The translations under genes were made by a program, and so were the position numbers. From Candidatus Thorarchaeota archaeon (lineage in GTDB: Archaea > Asgardarchaeota > Thorarchaeia > Thorarchaeales > Thorarchaeaceae): 32,605 bases of DNA. Positions 17,747-26,251 of this stretch are shown piece after piece. Where the stretch lies: the NCBI GenBank assembly GCA_048882485.1, contig JBHLRP010000036.1, forward strand, positions 1 to 32,605. Reading direction: 5' to 3'. The notes under the pieces are model-generated. The model made no database searches. It was given only the letters and a program-made list of their open reading frames with translations, and had not been told where the DNA came from. Each line of letters starts with the position of its first letter. Positions within the stretch are counted from its first letter, which is position 1.

Positions 17747-19720
17747 TCAAAGCAAACCCACAAGCCATTGCACAATTCTTAGACTGAGTCGGTCGTTGGA
17801 TGTTGAGGAGTAGTCTCCATTGATGCCCCAGTTGTCAATGAAATAGTTCGTGCCTGTTACGACAAGTCTTCCACCGCCTGCATCTTCTAACACACTCAGC
17901 AGAACATTGCCGCCATATCTCCCAAGAGTCGTTGCACCTGGAGGTTCAATGACAGCTGCCCCAAGATAGTCGAAGCTCCCAACACCTAATGTGATTGTAT
18001 GAGCAGTCACCTGAGTTGCCTCGACTGGATTATTCCCATCAGAAACAAGGGTGGAGCTGAGAGAGTATCCTGTCCAATCAATGAAGTCATCGAGCTTCGC
18101 AACATCCAATGATGCATTTGATAGTCCAGTGACAAAGAGCCCTCCACCCGAGTCATAATAGTCTTGGTAAGCCTGTTTGGTTTCTTGAGCAAATGGCATT
18201 GAGAATGTCACAGAGTCTAATGGGTCAGTTTCGTTGTCGTCCCAGACAAATGGATCAAGAAGAACAACCGCGTCAAACAACTGCAAATAGGACAGGTCAG
18301 TTTCAGACTCATCTCTAATCTCGGTGACGGAGATGTCATTCTGTGTGAGAACCCTATAGAAGTCCCTAAACTGCCCATACGTTGTATCCATCCACCAAGT
18401 TGTGAAGCTGATGTCAAAGGCAACACGAGCAGCGGCAACAGAAGCTCCAAACTGAACATCGAGAGTCGTGCTTCCAAAGTCATCTGAACTGAACTCGATT
18501 GTTGCCTGATAGCTTGATAGCCCTGAGTCTGGCACATAGATGTTTAGTGGAACAGCGCCAGTCTGATTAATGGTCACCTGCCCGGGCATTTCGAAGACAC
18601 CAAGAGCATTTGCAGTGACATCTATGTCAAAGGTTGTATAGCCGGCAGTGAGCAGCTTTATGTCGAATGTGTAATTGTCTCCATAGAACAACCTTTCGAA
18701 GTCAAGGGGGAGTGTCCTTGGATGGGCATATGAGATTGCAGGAAGACCCCCCTCCACAAGTGTCGATAACATGAGGGATTTCGAGGTCTCGAGATTCAAT
18801 TCTCCGGCACCCACAACGTATTCCGGGTGCTCAAGAGAATCAGCTCCTTTCAGCAAAGCGGTCATGATGGCACCTGGCGTATATGTGACGTTATTCCTAA
18901 TACTGTAGGCCATAAGCTCCGCCGCTGCTGCAGCAACTCTTGGTGTTGCGAAACTAGTGCCAAAATATCGTGAATTGCCAACATCAAAGTATCCTGGAGC
19001 GCATAGGTCTGGTTTCATATATCTCTCCGATGTAGGTCCATAACTTGTGTAATCTGCAGGTTCCCCAAAGATATCTAGTCCACCTACAGAGAGGGCGTGT
19101 TCAAATACCCCTGGAGTATTGATTGTATTGCCGGCAAGTCCATTGTCTCCTTCGTTTCCAGCAGCCGCCACAACGACGACCCCTCGAATAAACGCATACT
19201 CAACAGCCTGTTCAATTGGGTCGCCAACCACGGGTGTTGCACCTAAACTTAGATTGATGACACTGGCATTCTGGTCCACTGCCCAGTATATCGCTGCAAT
19301 GACTCCTGCAGTAGTGGCTATTCCTGTGCTAGCGAGGACTTTTGCGTTGAGTATTATCGCATTTGCGCTATTGGCAGCAACTGCTTTGGCCACAATGGTT
19401 CCATGTTGAGTCCCATCAGGTCTAGAATCGCTAACATCGGTTTCGGCCAAGGGGTATCCATGTTGAGGCAATACAAAGCTCTGTTCAGCCCCCATTCTCC
19501 CTTCGATTGTAAAGTCACTATCAATTCCGGAGTCGATCACTGCCACCTTGATAGGCTCTTGTGGACCAGGGAATAAATCACCGATGGGTAGAAGAAGGAA
19601 GAGCCCTCCTGACGCAACAAGCATAACGATAATCATGACTGCTATTATTCTGAGACTGCTAGATTTCTTCTCAGGTCGTGGTTCATAGTAGGGATAGGGG
19701 GAATCGATGTATTCAAACAT
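17747..19720 (-). CDS. Membrane-anchored S8 subtilisin-family serine protease with C-terminal beta-rich and alpha/beta (DUF4350/GATase-like) domains
   Basis: N-terminal TM helix; catalytic triad motifs VAVIDSG, QHGTIVA and GTSFATP; oxyanion AAAGNEG; MKPDLCAPG. The likely start is ATG at 19720 with GGTG upstream. Confidence 0.9.
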   Translation of the reverse strand: MFEYIDSPYPYYEPRPEKKSSSLRIIAVMIIVMLVASGGLFLLLPIGDLFPGPQEPIKVAVIDSGIDSDFTIEGRMGAEQSFVLPQHGYPLAETDVSDSRPDGTQHGTIVAKAVAANSANAIILNAKVLASTGIATTAGVIAAIYWAVDQNASVINLSLGATPVVGDPIEQAVEYAFIRGVVVVAAAGNEGDNGLAGNTINTPGVFEHALSVGGLDIFGEPADYTSYGPTSERYMKPDLCAPGYFDVGNSRYFGTSFATPRVAAAAAELMAYSIRNNVTYTPGAIMTALLKGADSLEHPEYVVGAGELNLETSKSLMLSTLVEGGLPAISYAHPRTLPLDFERLFYGDNYTFDIKLLTAGYTTFDIDVTANALGVFEMPGQVTINQTGAVPLNIYVPDSGLSSYQATIEFSSDDFGSTTLDVQFGASVAAARVAFDISFTTWWMDTTYGQFRDFYRVLTQNDISVTEIRDESETDLSYLQLFDAVVLLDPFVWDDNETDPLDSVTFSMPFAQETKQAYQDYYDSGGGLFVTGLSNASLDVAKLDDFIDWTGYSLSSTLVSDGNNPVEATQVTAHTITLGVGSFDYLGAAVIEPPGATTLGRYGGNVLLSVLEDAGGGRLVVTGTNYFIDNWGINGDYSSTSNDRLSLRIVQWLVGLL

Positions 19721-19840
19721 AGCGTGCACCAGCGCCGTCTGTTTCGACTCGGATTCTTTAATAGATGAACCTATCGACAACGGTATTATTGCATCAGAAC
19801 TCTGGAAATGCCCTGAAATCATTCAATGGGGCTATGTGTT

Positions 19841-19865
19841 CATCAAGGAATCTGATGCCTTGATG
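19841..19865. promoter_or_regulatory. Inverted repeat between the divergent protease and ATPase genes
   Basis: CATCAAGG-N9-CCTTGATG. GCATCAGA (19791-19798) is also complementary to TCTGATGC (19851-19858). Confidence 0.3.
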
Positions 19866-19937
19866 TCGGAGCTGTAGGGCACAAGTTGATTTATCTGCAC
19901 ACTATCCATTTGCCCAATAGGAACAAGAGGGACTTCA

Positions 19938-22886
19938 ATGACCGCGGACACTGCCCAAGAGACTGCTGTTCAACCACGCAATCTCTATCACTCCCTGCCT
20001 CTTCCTGCTGTCTTGGAGGAGCTTGATGTAGATCCAAATAGCGGTCTAAGTAAGAGTGCGGTCAAGTCCCGAAAGGACAAATATGGCTCCAACGAGATTC
20101 CTAAAATCCGCGGCTCGTTTTGGCAGGTCTATCTTGCTCCGATTCTGAACTGGCTAATTGTCATCTACATAATCAGCTCAGTTGCACTGATTCTTCTAGC
20201 CTATCTATTTCCATCGCCAGACAACCAACTTGGCCAAGCTCTGGTGTGGCTTGGTATTGTGATTGTAAATTCCCTTGTTGCCATCTTTCAGCAATACCGC
20301 GCGCAGAAAAAGTTGGAGGCATTGGAGAAATTATCACTTGGTGAGGCACGGGTATTACGCGACGGCTCAGAGATGAACATCACACCTACTGAGATAGTTC
20401 CTGGCGACATCATCATTCTGGAACAGGGTGACAAAATTCCAGCTGATGCTAGAATTCTGCAATGCTCTAATCTCACCACAAACGAAGCGTCTCTTACTGG
20501 TGAAAGCGTGCCAGTGATGAAGAGTCCAAGCGCTGAAGCAGCAGAAGATGCCCCATTGACAGACATGCACAACATGGTGTTCTTTGGGACATTCGTTGCG
20601 ACTGGATCTGCAAAGGTCGTGACCACTACGACTGGTGGTGGAACCGAGATTGGGAAGATTCAAGGTACTTTAGGTGAATTGAACACAGGAGATATTCCAC
20701 TGCGAAAGAAGGTCAATCTTCTTGCAAAGTATCTTGGAATCGCAGCTATTATTTTGATGGCAACTTCCGTGCTCTGGCAGCTCTTCATCCAGCCATTGAT
20801 CTTGGGCGAGGAGATTCCTATTTTCATTGTCCCTGGCTTCCAAGAAATCATGGAGATTATCGCGAGTAGGATCACTGCAGGGATAACTCGCGCAATGACT
20901 ATCATGCCCATCAACATACCTCTCCTGACCACCATTGTTCTCCTGACAGGTGTTCTTGCCATGGCACGGAAGGGGGTAATAATCAGAGACCTCTCTGCCG
21001 TGGAAAGCTTGGGTCGAGTGAGCGTGATTTGCTCAGACAAGACTGGTACACTCACAAGAAATCAGATGGTTGTGAAGTATTGTTGGGATACCGAATTCCT
21101 CTATACTGTCACAGGTGATGGCTACAATCCAGAGGGTGAGATTTACAAGCTAGGTGATCCTACCAGCAACAGTGGTGAACAGTCGCTTGTTTCTGATGTT
21201 GCGGCATGGCCTCATTTGCTCGACCTCATCACATGCGGTGGCATCAACAATGATGCAGAGATCGCTTTGAAAGAGATTCCCGATCAGGGAACTGTCTGGG
21301 AGCCTCTAGGAGATCCCACTGATGCAGCATTGCTGACATTGTTTAGAAAGAGTGGGGTGGATGAGCAGCTTATTCGAGAGCGCTACAAGGTGATCGAGGA
21401 GTTTCCGTTTGAGTCCGAGCTTAAGAGGATGTCCCGAATTTGTCAGGATGGCACAAAATTCGTTTCCTATGCAAAGGGTGCGACCGAAGTCCTACTCTCT
21501 AGATGTACTACCATCGGGAATGGCAAGAAGTTGGCAACATTCACACCTGAAGCGCAGCAGAGAGTGAAACAATTAGTCGATGGTTACGCGGCAAGAGGTT
21601 ACAGGGTCATATCCCTTGCTAAAAAGAGACTGGATGCATTACCTCCAGAGAAGGACGCTCGAGATGTGGCAGAGAGCGACCTAACATACCTCGGTTTTGC
21701 GTGCATAGTCGATCCTCCGAGAGATGGTGTAAAGCATGCGGTAGAGGAATGTCACAGCGCAGGTATCAACGTGGTTATGATAACCGGCGACTCTGCAGCG
21801 ACGGCAAAGACCATTGCGGAGGATCTCGGCATCTATGGACAAAACTCTCTTGTTATCGAGGGGCAAGATGTCTATGATGTCAAGGATGATGACTTCCCGC
21901 GTGTCAATGTATTTGCCCGCGTAAATCCTGAGCACAAACAGATCATTGTAGAACGTTACCAGGATCAAAAGCGTGTCGTTGCTATGACCGGGGATGGTGT
22001 CAATGACTCACTCGCTCTAGCAATGAGTGACGCTGGCATTGCGATGGGGATTACGGGTACTGACGTGGCGAAAGAGGCTGCAGATTTAGTGATAACTGAT
22101 GACAGCTTTGCTTCGATAGTCACAGGAGTCCATGAGGGAAGGGGTCTCTTCCAGAAGATCAGAATGATGATCTACTTCTACATAGCCATCAACCTGTTCG
22201 AGAGCGTCCTCTTCTTTGGTGCTCTCTTTATTCTACCCGCCGCCATTATCATGCTTACCACATGGCAGAGCCTCTACTTGGTTGTGACCACGCATTCGTT
22301 CCCAGGACTAGCTTTGGTATTCGACAAGACCTCACCTAGAGCTATGGAAGAGAAACCAAGAGATAGCGAAGAAATCATTCCAAGGCCTCTGGCAAGGTTC
22401 ATGGCGTTTAATGTTGTCTTGATGGTGTTTGGAGCCGCTATGGTCTATATGCTCACTCTCACTGGCTGGTGGGGTATCATCTCCGTGGTTCCTGAGAATC
22501 TAACCGGGTATTATGGATCCACAGGGTTTACCGCTGGATTGCCCCTAGAAGCAGCTAAAGCTGCAGTCATGATGCTCTCGGTGATTCTTCTTGTTGAGAG
22601 CACAATTGTACTTAGCATTCGCAGAATCAACATGGGGATAGGCAAGAGTCTGCGAGAGCCGGGGACCTATCGGTATGCAATCTTCCTAGGGCTTATTTAC
22701 CTAGCCCATTATTTGCTGATGTATGTCCCATTGGCTCAAGAGATCCTCTCACCATTTGGCCTAAACTTCTACTTCATGCCACTCACAGTCATTGACTGGC
22801 TGATTGTTCTCCTGTTTTCACTTCCAGCAATCGCTGGGGTTGAGCTCTACAAGCGTCGGTTGAGAAAGAAAGGCATCAATCTCTGA
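19938..22886 (+). CDS. P-type ATPase, P2-like scaffold with a non-canonical transport site
   Basis: Motifs PGDII, PADAR, LTGES, CSDKTGTLT, KGATE, DPPR, MITGD and MTGDGVND, with about 10 TM segments. The M4 motif is PINIP instead of PEGLP. Confidence 0.95.
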   Translation: MTADTAQETAVQPRNLYHSLPLPAVLEELDVDPNSGLSKSAVKSRKDKYGSNEIPKIRGSFWQVYLAPILNWLIVIYIISSVALILLAYLFPSPDNQLGQALVWLGIVIVNSLVAIFQQYRAQKKLEALEKLSLGEARVLRDGSEMNITPTEIVPGDIIILEQGDKIPADARILQCSNLTTNEASLTGESVPVMKSPSAEAAEDAPLTDMHNMVFFGTFVATGSAKVVTTTTGGGTEIGKIQGTLGELNTGDIPLRKKVNLLAKYLGIAAIILMATSVLWQLFIQPLILGEEIPIFIVPGFQEIMEIIASRITAGITRAMTIMPINIPLLTTIVLLTGVLAMARKGVIIRDLSAVESLGRVSVICSDKTGTLTRNQMVVKYCWDTEFLYTVTGDGYNPEGEIYKLGDPTSNSGEQSLVSDVAAWPHLLDLITCGGINNDAEIALKEIPDQGTVWEPLGDPTDAALLTLFRKSGVDEQLIRERYKVIEEFPFESELKRMSRICQDGTKFVSYAKGATEVLLSRCTTIGNGKKLATFTPEAQQRVKQLVDGYAARGYRVISLAKKRLDALPPEKDARDVAESDLTYLGFACIVDPPRDGVKHAVEECHSAGINVVMITGDSAATAKTIAEDLGIYGQNSLVIEGQDVYDVKDDDFPRVNVFARVNPEHKQIIVERYQDQKRVVAMTGDGVNDSLALAMSDAGIAMGITGTDVAKEAADLVITDDSFASIVTGVHEGRGLFQKIRMMIYFYIAINLFESVLFFGALFILPAAIIMLTTWQSLYLVVTTHSFPGLALVFDKTSPRAMEEKPRDSEEIIPRPLARFMAFNVVLMVFGAAMVYMLTLTGWWGIISVVPENLTGYYGSTGFTAGLPLEAAKAAVMMLSVILLVESTIVLSIRRINMGIGKSLREPGTYRYAIFLGLIYLAHYLLMYVPLAQEILSPFGLNFYFMPLTVIDWLIVLLFSLPAIAGVELYKRRLRKKGINL

Positions 22887-22980
22887 GAGTTCTCGGTGTC
22901 ATCCCTGTCCGTGCATCCAGTTCATTGTACCACAGGACATATTTGGAGTGGTAAGCTTCTCACTCAGAGGAGGTTCCAAA

Positions 22981-23418
22981 ATGGGTCTCAAAGTTGTAAC
23001 GAGAAAGATGATTGATGCTCCCACAGAAGCAACAGTCCTTGTACCTGATAAGCCCGATGACTACTTTGGCATTCTTATCAAGTATGTACCGGCCCCCGTG
23101 ATCGCGGGATACAAGTTGATTGAGGAGATGTTCGTCGCTGCAGGACGAACGGGAGAGATGCCCCTTGTGTATCTATTATTCCTTATTCTTACTCCACTGG
23201 CAGTTGCTGGCATTACTAAGGAGGAAAGTCCACTAAACATGGAACATGTCAAGTCCATCAAGGTTCAGCTTGTGATGGCTACTTTGGGATTTGTTATATG
23301 GACCTTAGTGATGAGTAGGTGGATAACCTTCGACCCATTATGGGGCACTGTGTACCTTGTGCTCTTCACTGTTGGTGCTCCTGCAGTAGGCAAGGGACTT
23401 TACGAGAAGGGGCTATAG
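22981..23418 (+). CDS. Small membrane protein (about 4 TM), unknown function
   Basis: GGAGG lies upstream of the ATG at 22981. The motif DDYFGILIKYVPAPVIAGY is followed by hydrophobic helices. Confidence 0.72.
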   Translation: MGLKVVTRKMIDAPTEATVLVPDKPDDYFGILIKYVPAPVIAGYKLIEEMFVAAGRTGEMPLVYLLFLILTPLAVAGITKEESPLNMEHVKSIKVQLVMATLGFVIWTLVMSRWITFDPLWGTVYLVLFTVGAPAVGKGLYEKGL

Positions 23419-23557
23419 TAACTGCATTCTATGGCCTCCTGCTTGTTTACTCAGTCGATTGGTTCAATTATATACATGGATATACGCTGTTGTTTTCTTT
23501 ATATACAAACCATAAATACCCGGCTTATGTCATAGGCAAATGGAGAACTGATTCGCA

Positions 23558-24406
23558 TTGGCAAGAAAGACTACACATGGAATCCGCTTAATGAAGAAGA
23601 AGGGCAAGAAGATAGTGATGCTCACAGCATATGACACACCATCTGCGCAGATTCTGAGTGAATGCGGAGTGGACATGATTCTGGTTGGTGATTCAGTCGG
23701 CAACAGCATGCTAGGATATGAAACCACCATTCCAGTCACACTTGAAGCTGTAATCCATCACTCTGCTGCGGTGTCACGAGCTAAACCAAACTGTCTCATT
23801 GTGGGTGATATGCCCTTCATGAGCTACAAGGTGAGCGTGGAGCAAGCCCTTGAAAACTGCGCACGCATGCTGCAAGAGGGTGGGGCTGAAGCAGTCAAGA
23901 TAGAGGGCGCAGGAAGGGTGGTTGAGATTGTTCGAGCTGTTGTGGACTCTGGAATTCCAGTCATGGGCCATATCGGCCTGACCCCTCAGTCTATCTTCCA
24001 AGTGGGAGGCTACCGAGTTCAAGGACGTACAGCGAAGCAGACCAAAGAGATGGTTAAACAGGCTCAGGCGCTTGAGGAAGCTGGGGCTTTCTCAATTGTC
24101 ATCGAACTTGCACCTTCAGAAACCGCCAAGGTGATTACAGAAACAATAGGCATACCCACGATCGGGATTGGTGCGGGCCCTAATTGTGATGGACAAGTCC
24201 TTGTGTTGCCCGACATGCTAGGACTGTTTCAAGACTTCAAGCCGAAGTTCGTGAAGAGATATGCAAACATCCGAGAAGTCATCGAAGAAGCTGTGAAAGA
24301 GTTTTCATCAGATGTGCGTGAAGGCAAGTTTCCAGATGCCGATCACAGTTTCGAGATGACCGAGGAGGAAACCGGACGTCTGTATGGCAGAACAAAGCCA
24401 GAATGA
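23558..24406 (+). CDS. panB: 3-methyl-2-oxobutanoate hydroxymethyltransferase
   Basis: Motifs MLTAYD, ILVGDSVGN, GDMPFMSY, AVKIEG, GHIGLTPQ, GGYRVQGR and IGIGAGPNCDGQVLV. Confidence 0.97.
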   Translation: MARKTTHGIRLMKKKGKKIVMLTAYDTPSAQILSECGVDMILVGDSVGNSMLGYETTIPVTLEAVIHHSAAVSRAKPNCLIVGDMPFMSYKVSVEQALENCARMLQEGGAEAVKIEGAGRVVEIVRAVVDSGIPVMGHIGLTPQSIFQVGGYRVQGRTAKQTKEMVKQAQALEEAGAFSIVIELAPSETAKVITETIGIPTIGIGAGPNCDGQVLVLPDMLGLFQDFKPKFVKRYANIREVIEEAVKEFSSDVREGKFPDADHSFEMTEEETGRLYGRTKPE

Positions 24407-24442
24407 AACTAAGCCTAGTATCCACTCAAGGAATCTAGTTGG

Positions 24443-24461
24443 GGGAGCTAGTCTTGCTCCC
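24443..24461. terminator. Short GC-rich hairpin between convergent genes
   Basis: GGGAGC-N7-GCTCCC between the panB stop and the DUF1858 stop. Confidence 0.3.
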
Positions 24462-24478
24462 ATGAAAAAGAAGCTGGA

Positions 24479-24688
24479 TTACTCTTTCTTTTCAATAGTG
24501 TCATTCAGTGCCTCGACCAGCTTGTCGGGATCGATGCCATGAGCTTGGGCTCCTTGTTCGATGTTTTCGAACCTGGCTACTGCACAGCCGTAGCAGTGTA
24601 GTCCCCACTCCATGAATGTCCCTGCGGTTTCGGGCCACTTCATGACTACTTCGCCAATTGTCATGTCTTTTGTGATAGCTTCTGCCAT
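24479..24688 (-). CDS. DUF1858 / hybrid-cluster-protein-associated redox disulfide domain protein
   Basis: Motifs ITKDMTIGEVV, GLHCYGC, ENIEQGAQAHGID and LVEALN. GGTGA lies upstream of the ATG at 24688. Confidence 0.9.
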   Translation of the reverse strand: MAEAITKDMTIGEVVMKWPETAGTFMEWGLHCYGCAVARFENIEQGAQAHGIDPDKLVEALNDTIEKKE

Positions 24689-24749
24689 TCTGTCTTCACC
24701 ATCGTTAATCGATGTACACATGGAATTCTTTTTTTCGTGCTTATATGCT

Positions 24750-25742
24750 TTAGGATACATCACCCTCTCCAATGATGTATTTGTGCCCTACACTTCCTTC
24801 CACATACTCAGATGGCATTTCTGCACTCATTAAGTGACGCGCACGCCATCCAGTGCAGTGGCAGGGCACCAAGAGCTTTGGATGAATCTTCTTCATTGTC
24901 TTGACAGTTTCCAGCATTGCGTCTTTCTTGACTCCCATTGCCAGATGAAATCCACCAATCACTGCATAAACATCCGTTTTCTGTGTAAGCCGCTGAGCTT
25001 CTCGAATGATATTGATTATCCCTGCATGTGAGCATCCTGAGATTACAACAAGTCCTTTGTCTTTTACATTGGCGATAAGGCTTACATCATCCTTCACATC
25101 AGCATCATCTTGCCATTTTCTATTAATGAGCGCTTTGAGTCCTTCCATGCCTTTCTCGTAATCCGTGAGACGAGGGACTTCACCAGTTCTAAGGAGAATT
25201 CCGTTACCCATTAGAATCGGCTCTGCAGTACTGATGACCTTACCTCCTGCTTGTTCTATCTCTTCTTTGGACGGCATAGATTTGAGATCAATGATTTTGA
25301 GCCCTCCTGGACTTCTTACTTCATATCTTCTCTTCAGAAACATCCGAGGATGCACATACACTGGTACGTCTTTCTTCCCAATGTTCTCAATTGTCCAGAG
25401 AAGGCCACCAAGATGGTCGCCGTGACCGTGAGATATCACAATCGCGTCAATTTCTTTTAGCTTCAATCCCAATGCAGCAGTGTTATTTTCCATGTTTTGA
25501 GATGTTTCAGCAGTATCGTAGAGGATTGTGTAGGTCTCAGTTTCCACTTTGGCTCGTACATAGAGACTCAGACCTGCACCAGCTACTGGTAGTGGTCTGA
25601 CTACATCTTCCTCCCCCTCTTCAACCCATTTCTGGTAGCGTTGCACATCCTCCCTCTCAGGATCTGTCCAGATTGATAAGCTATTGTCTACAATGGCTAT
25701 GACTTCCAAAGAGTCAAGCTCTCGTAGGCTCATTATCAGCAT
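24750..25742 (-). CDS. MBL-fold metallo-hydrolase, DHPS-like (MJ0301-type) subfamily
   Basis: Motifs IVDN, ISHGHGDHLGGL, SGCSHAGIINI, GGFHL and PCHCTG. Confidence 0.85.
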   Translation of the reverse strand: MLIMSLRELDSLEVIAIVDNSLSIWTDPEREDVQRYQKWVEEGEEDVVRPLPVAGAGLSLYVRAKVETETYTILYDTAETSQNMENNTAALGLKLKEIDAIVISHGHGDHLGGLLWTIENIGKKDVPVYVHPRMFLKRRYEVRSPGGLKIIDLKSMPSKEEIEQAGGKVISTAEPILMGNGILLRTGEVPRLTDYEKGMEGLKALINRKWQDDADVKDDVSLIANVKDKGLVVISGCSHAGIINIIREAQRLTQKTDVYAVIGGFHLAMGVKKDAMLETVKTMKKIHPKLLVPCHCTGWRARHLMSAEMPSEYVEGSVGHKYIIGEGDVS

Positions 25743-25762
25743 CCGCCTCGGAGTAAACTTTC

Positions 25763-26185
25763 CTAAAGGACCATGTTGTCTAGACCCTTTTCTTTTAGGA
25801 CCTCAGGCCATATGGCAAATAGCGGCTTGATTTGAGAAACAAGCCCAATCGCCTTTGTGACTGGGCCGTCGATTTTCACCTGCCCCCTCGCTAGTGCAAT
25901 CGCAGTGTTCAGCTTCCCTTGCCAGAACTTATTCGTTGTTTCAGACTTGCTCCATACTTTAAGTTCTGGCTCATCCGTGGCATCCCAGAGTAGGCGGCCA
26001 ACCTTTCCATCAGGCCCTGGATTTTTGAAGTCTATTGTTGCATGCGCTTCTGGCTCTTCAATGTCAAATCTGACCGTCACTCCCTGCTTAGCCATCTTAG
26101 CCATGACCTCTTCTTCGTCTTGACATCTCGTCCAGAACTCCTCGAACACATCCTTTAGCTGCTCAATACTCTCAAAACCTGGCAT
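25763..26185 (-). CDS. SCP2 sterol-carrier (lipid-binding) domain protein
   Basis: FWQGKLNTAIALARGQVKIDGP matches the SCP2 C-terminal signature. GGTGG lies upstream. Confidence 0.82.
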   Translation of the reverse strand: MPGFESIEQLKDVFEEFWTRCQDEEEVMAKMAKQGVTVRFDIEEPEAHATIDFKNPGPDGKVGRLLWDATDEPELKVWSKSETTNKFWQGKLNTAIALARGQVKIDGPVTKAIGLVSQIKPLFAIWPEVLKEKGLDNMVL

Positions 26186-26251
26186 CTCATTACCACCTGG
26201 CTATGTGTTTCTCTGCATGGTCAGATAGAAGTCTTTTGGAAATCCGAATGA

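Noticed and set aside
19938-22886. Calling the ATPase a Ca2+-ATPase or a bona fide P4 flippase
   Set aside because: It lacks the E309, N796 and D800 equivalents needed for SERCA/PMCA-type binding, and it lacks the P4 DGET and GDGAND signatures.
23419-23557. Repeated TATATAC-like words upstream of panB
   Set aside because: This is low-complexity AT-rich promoter/terminator sequence with no regular array structure.
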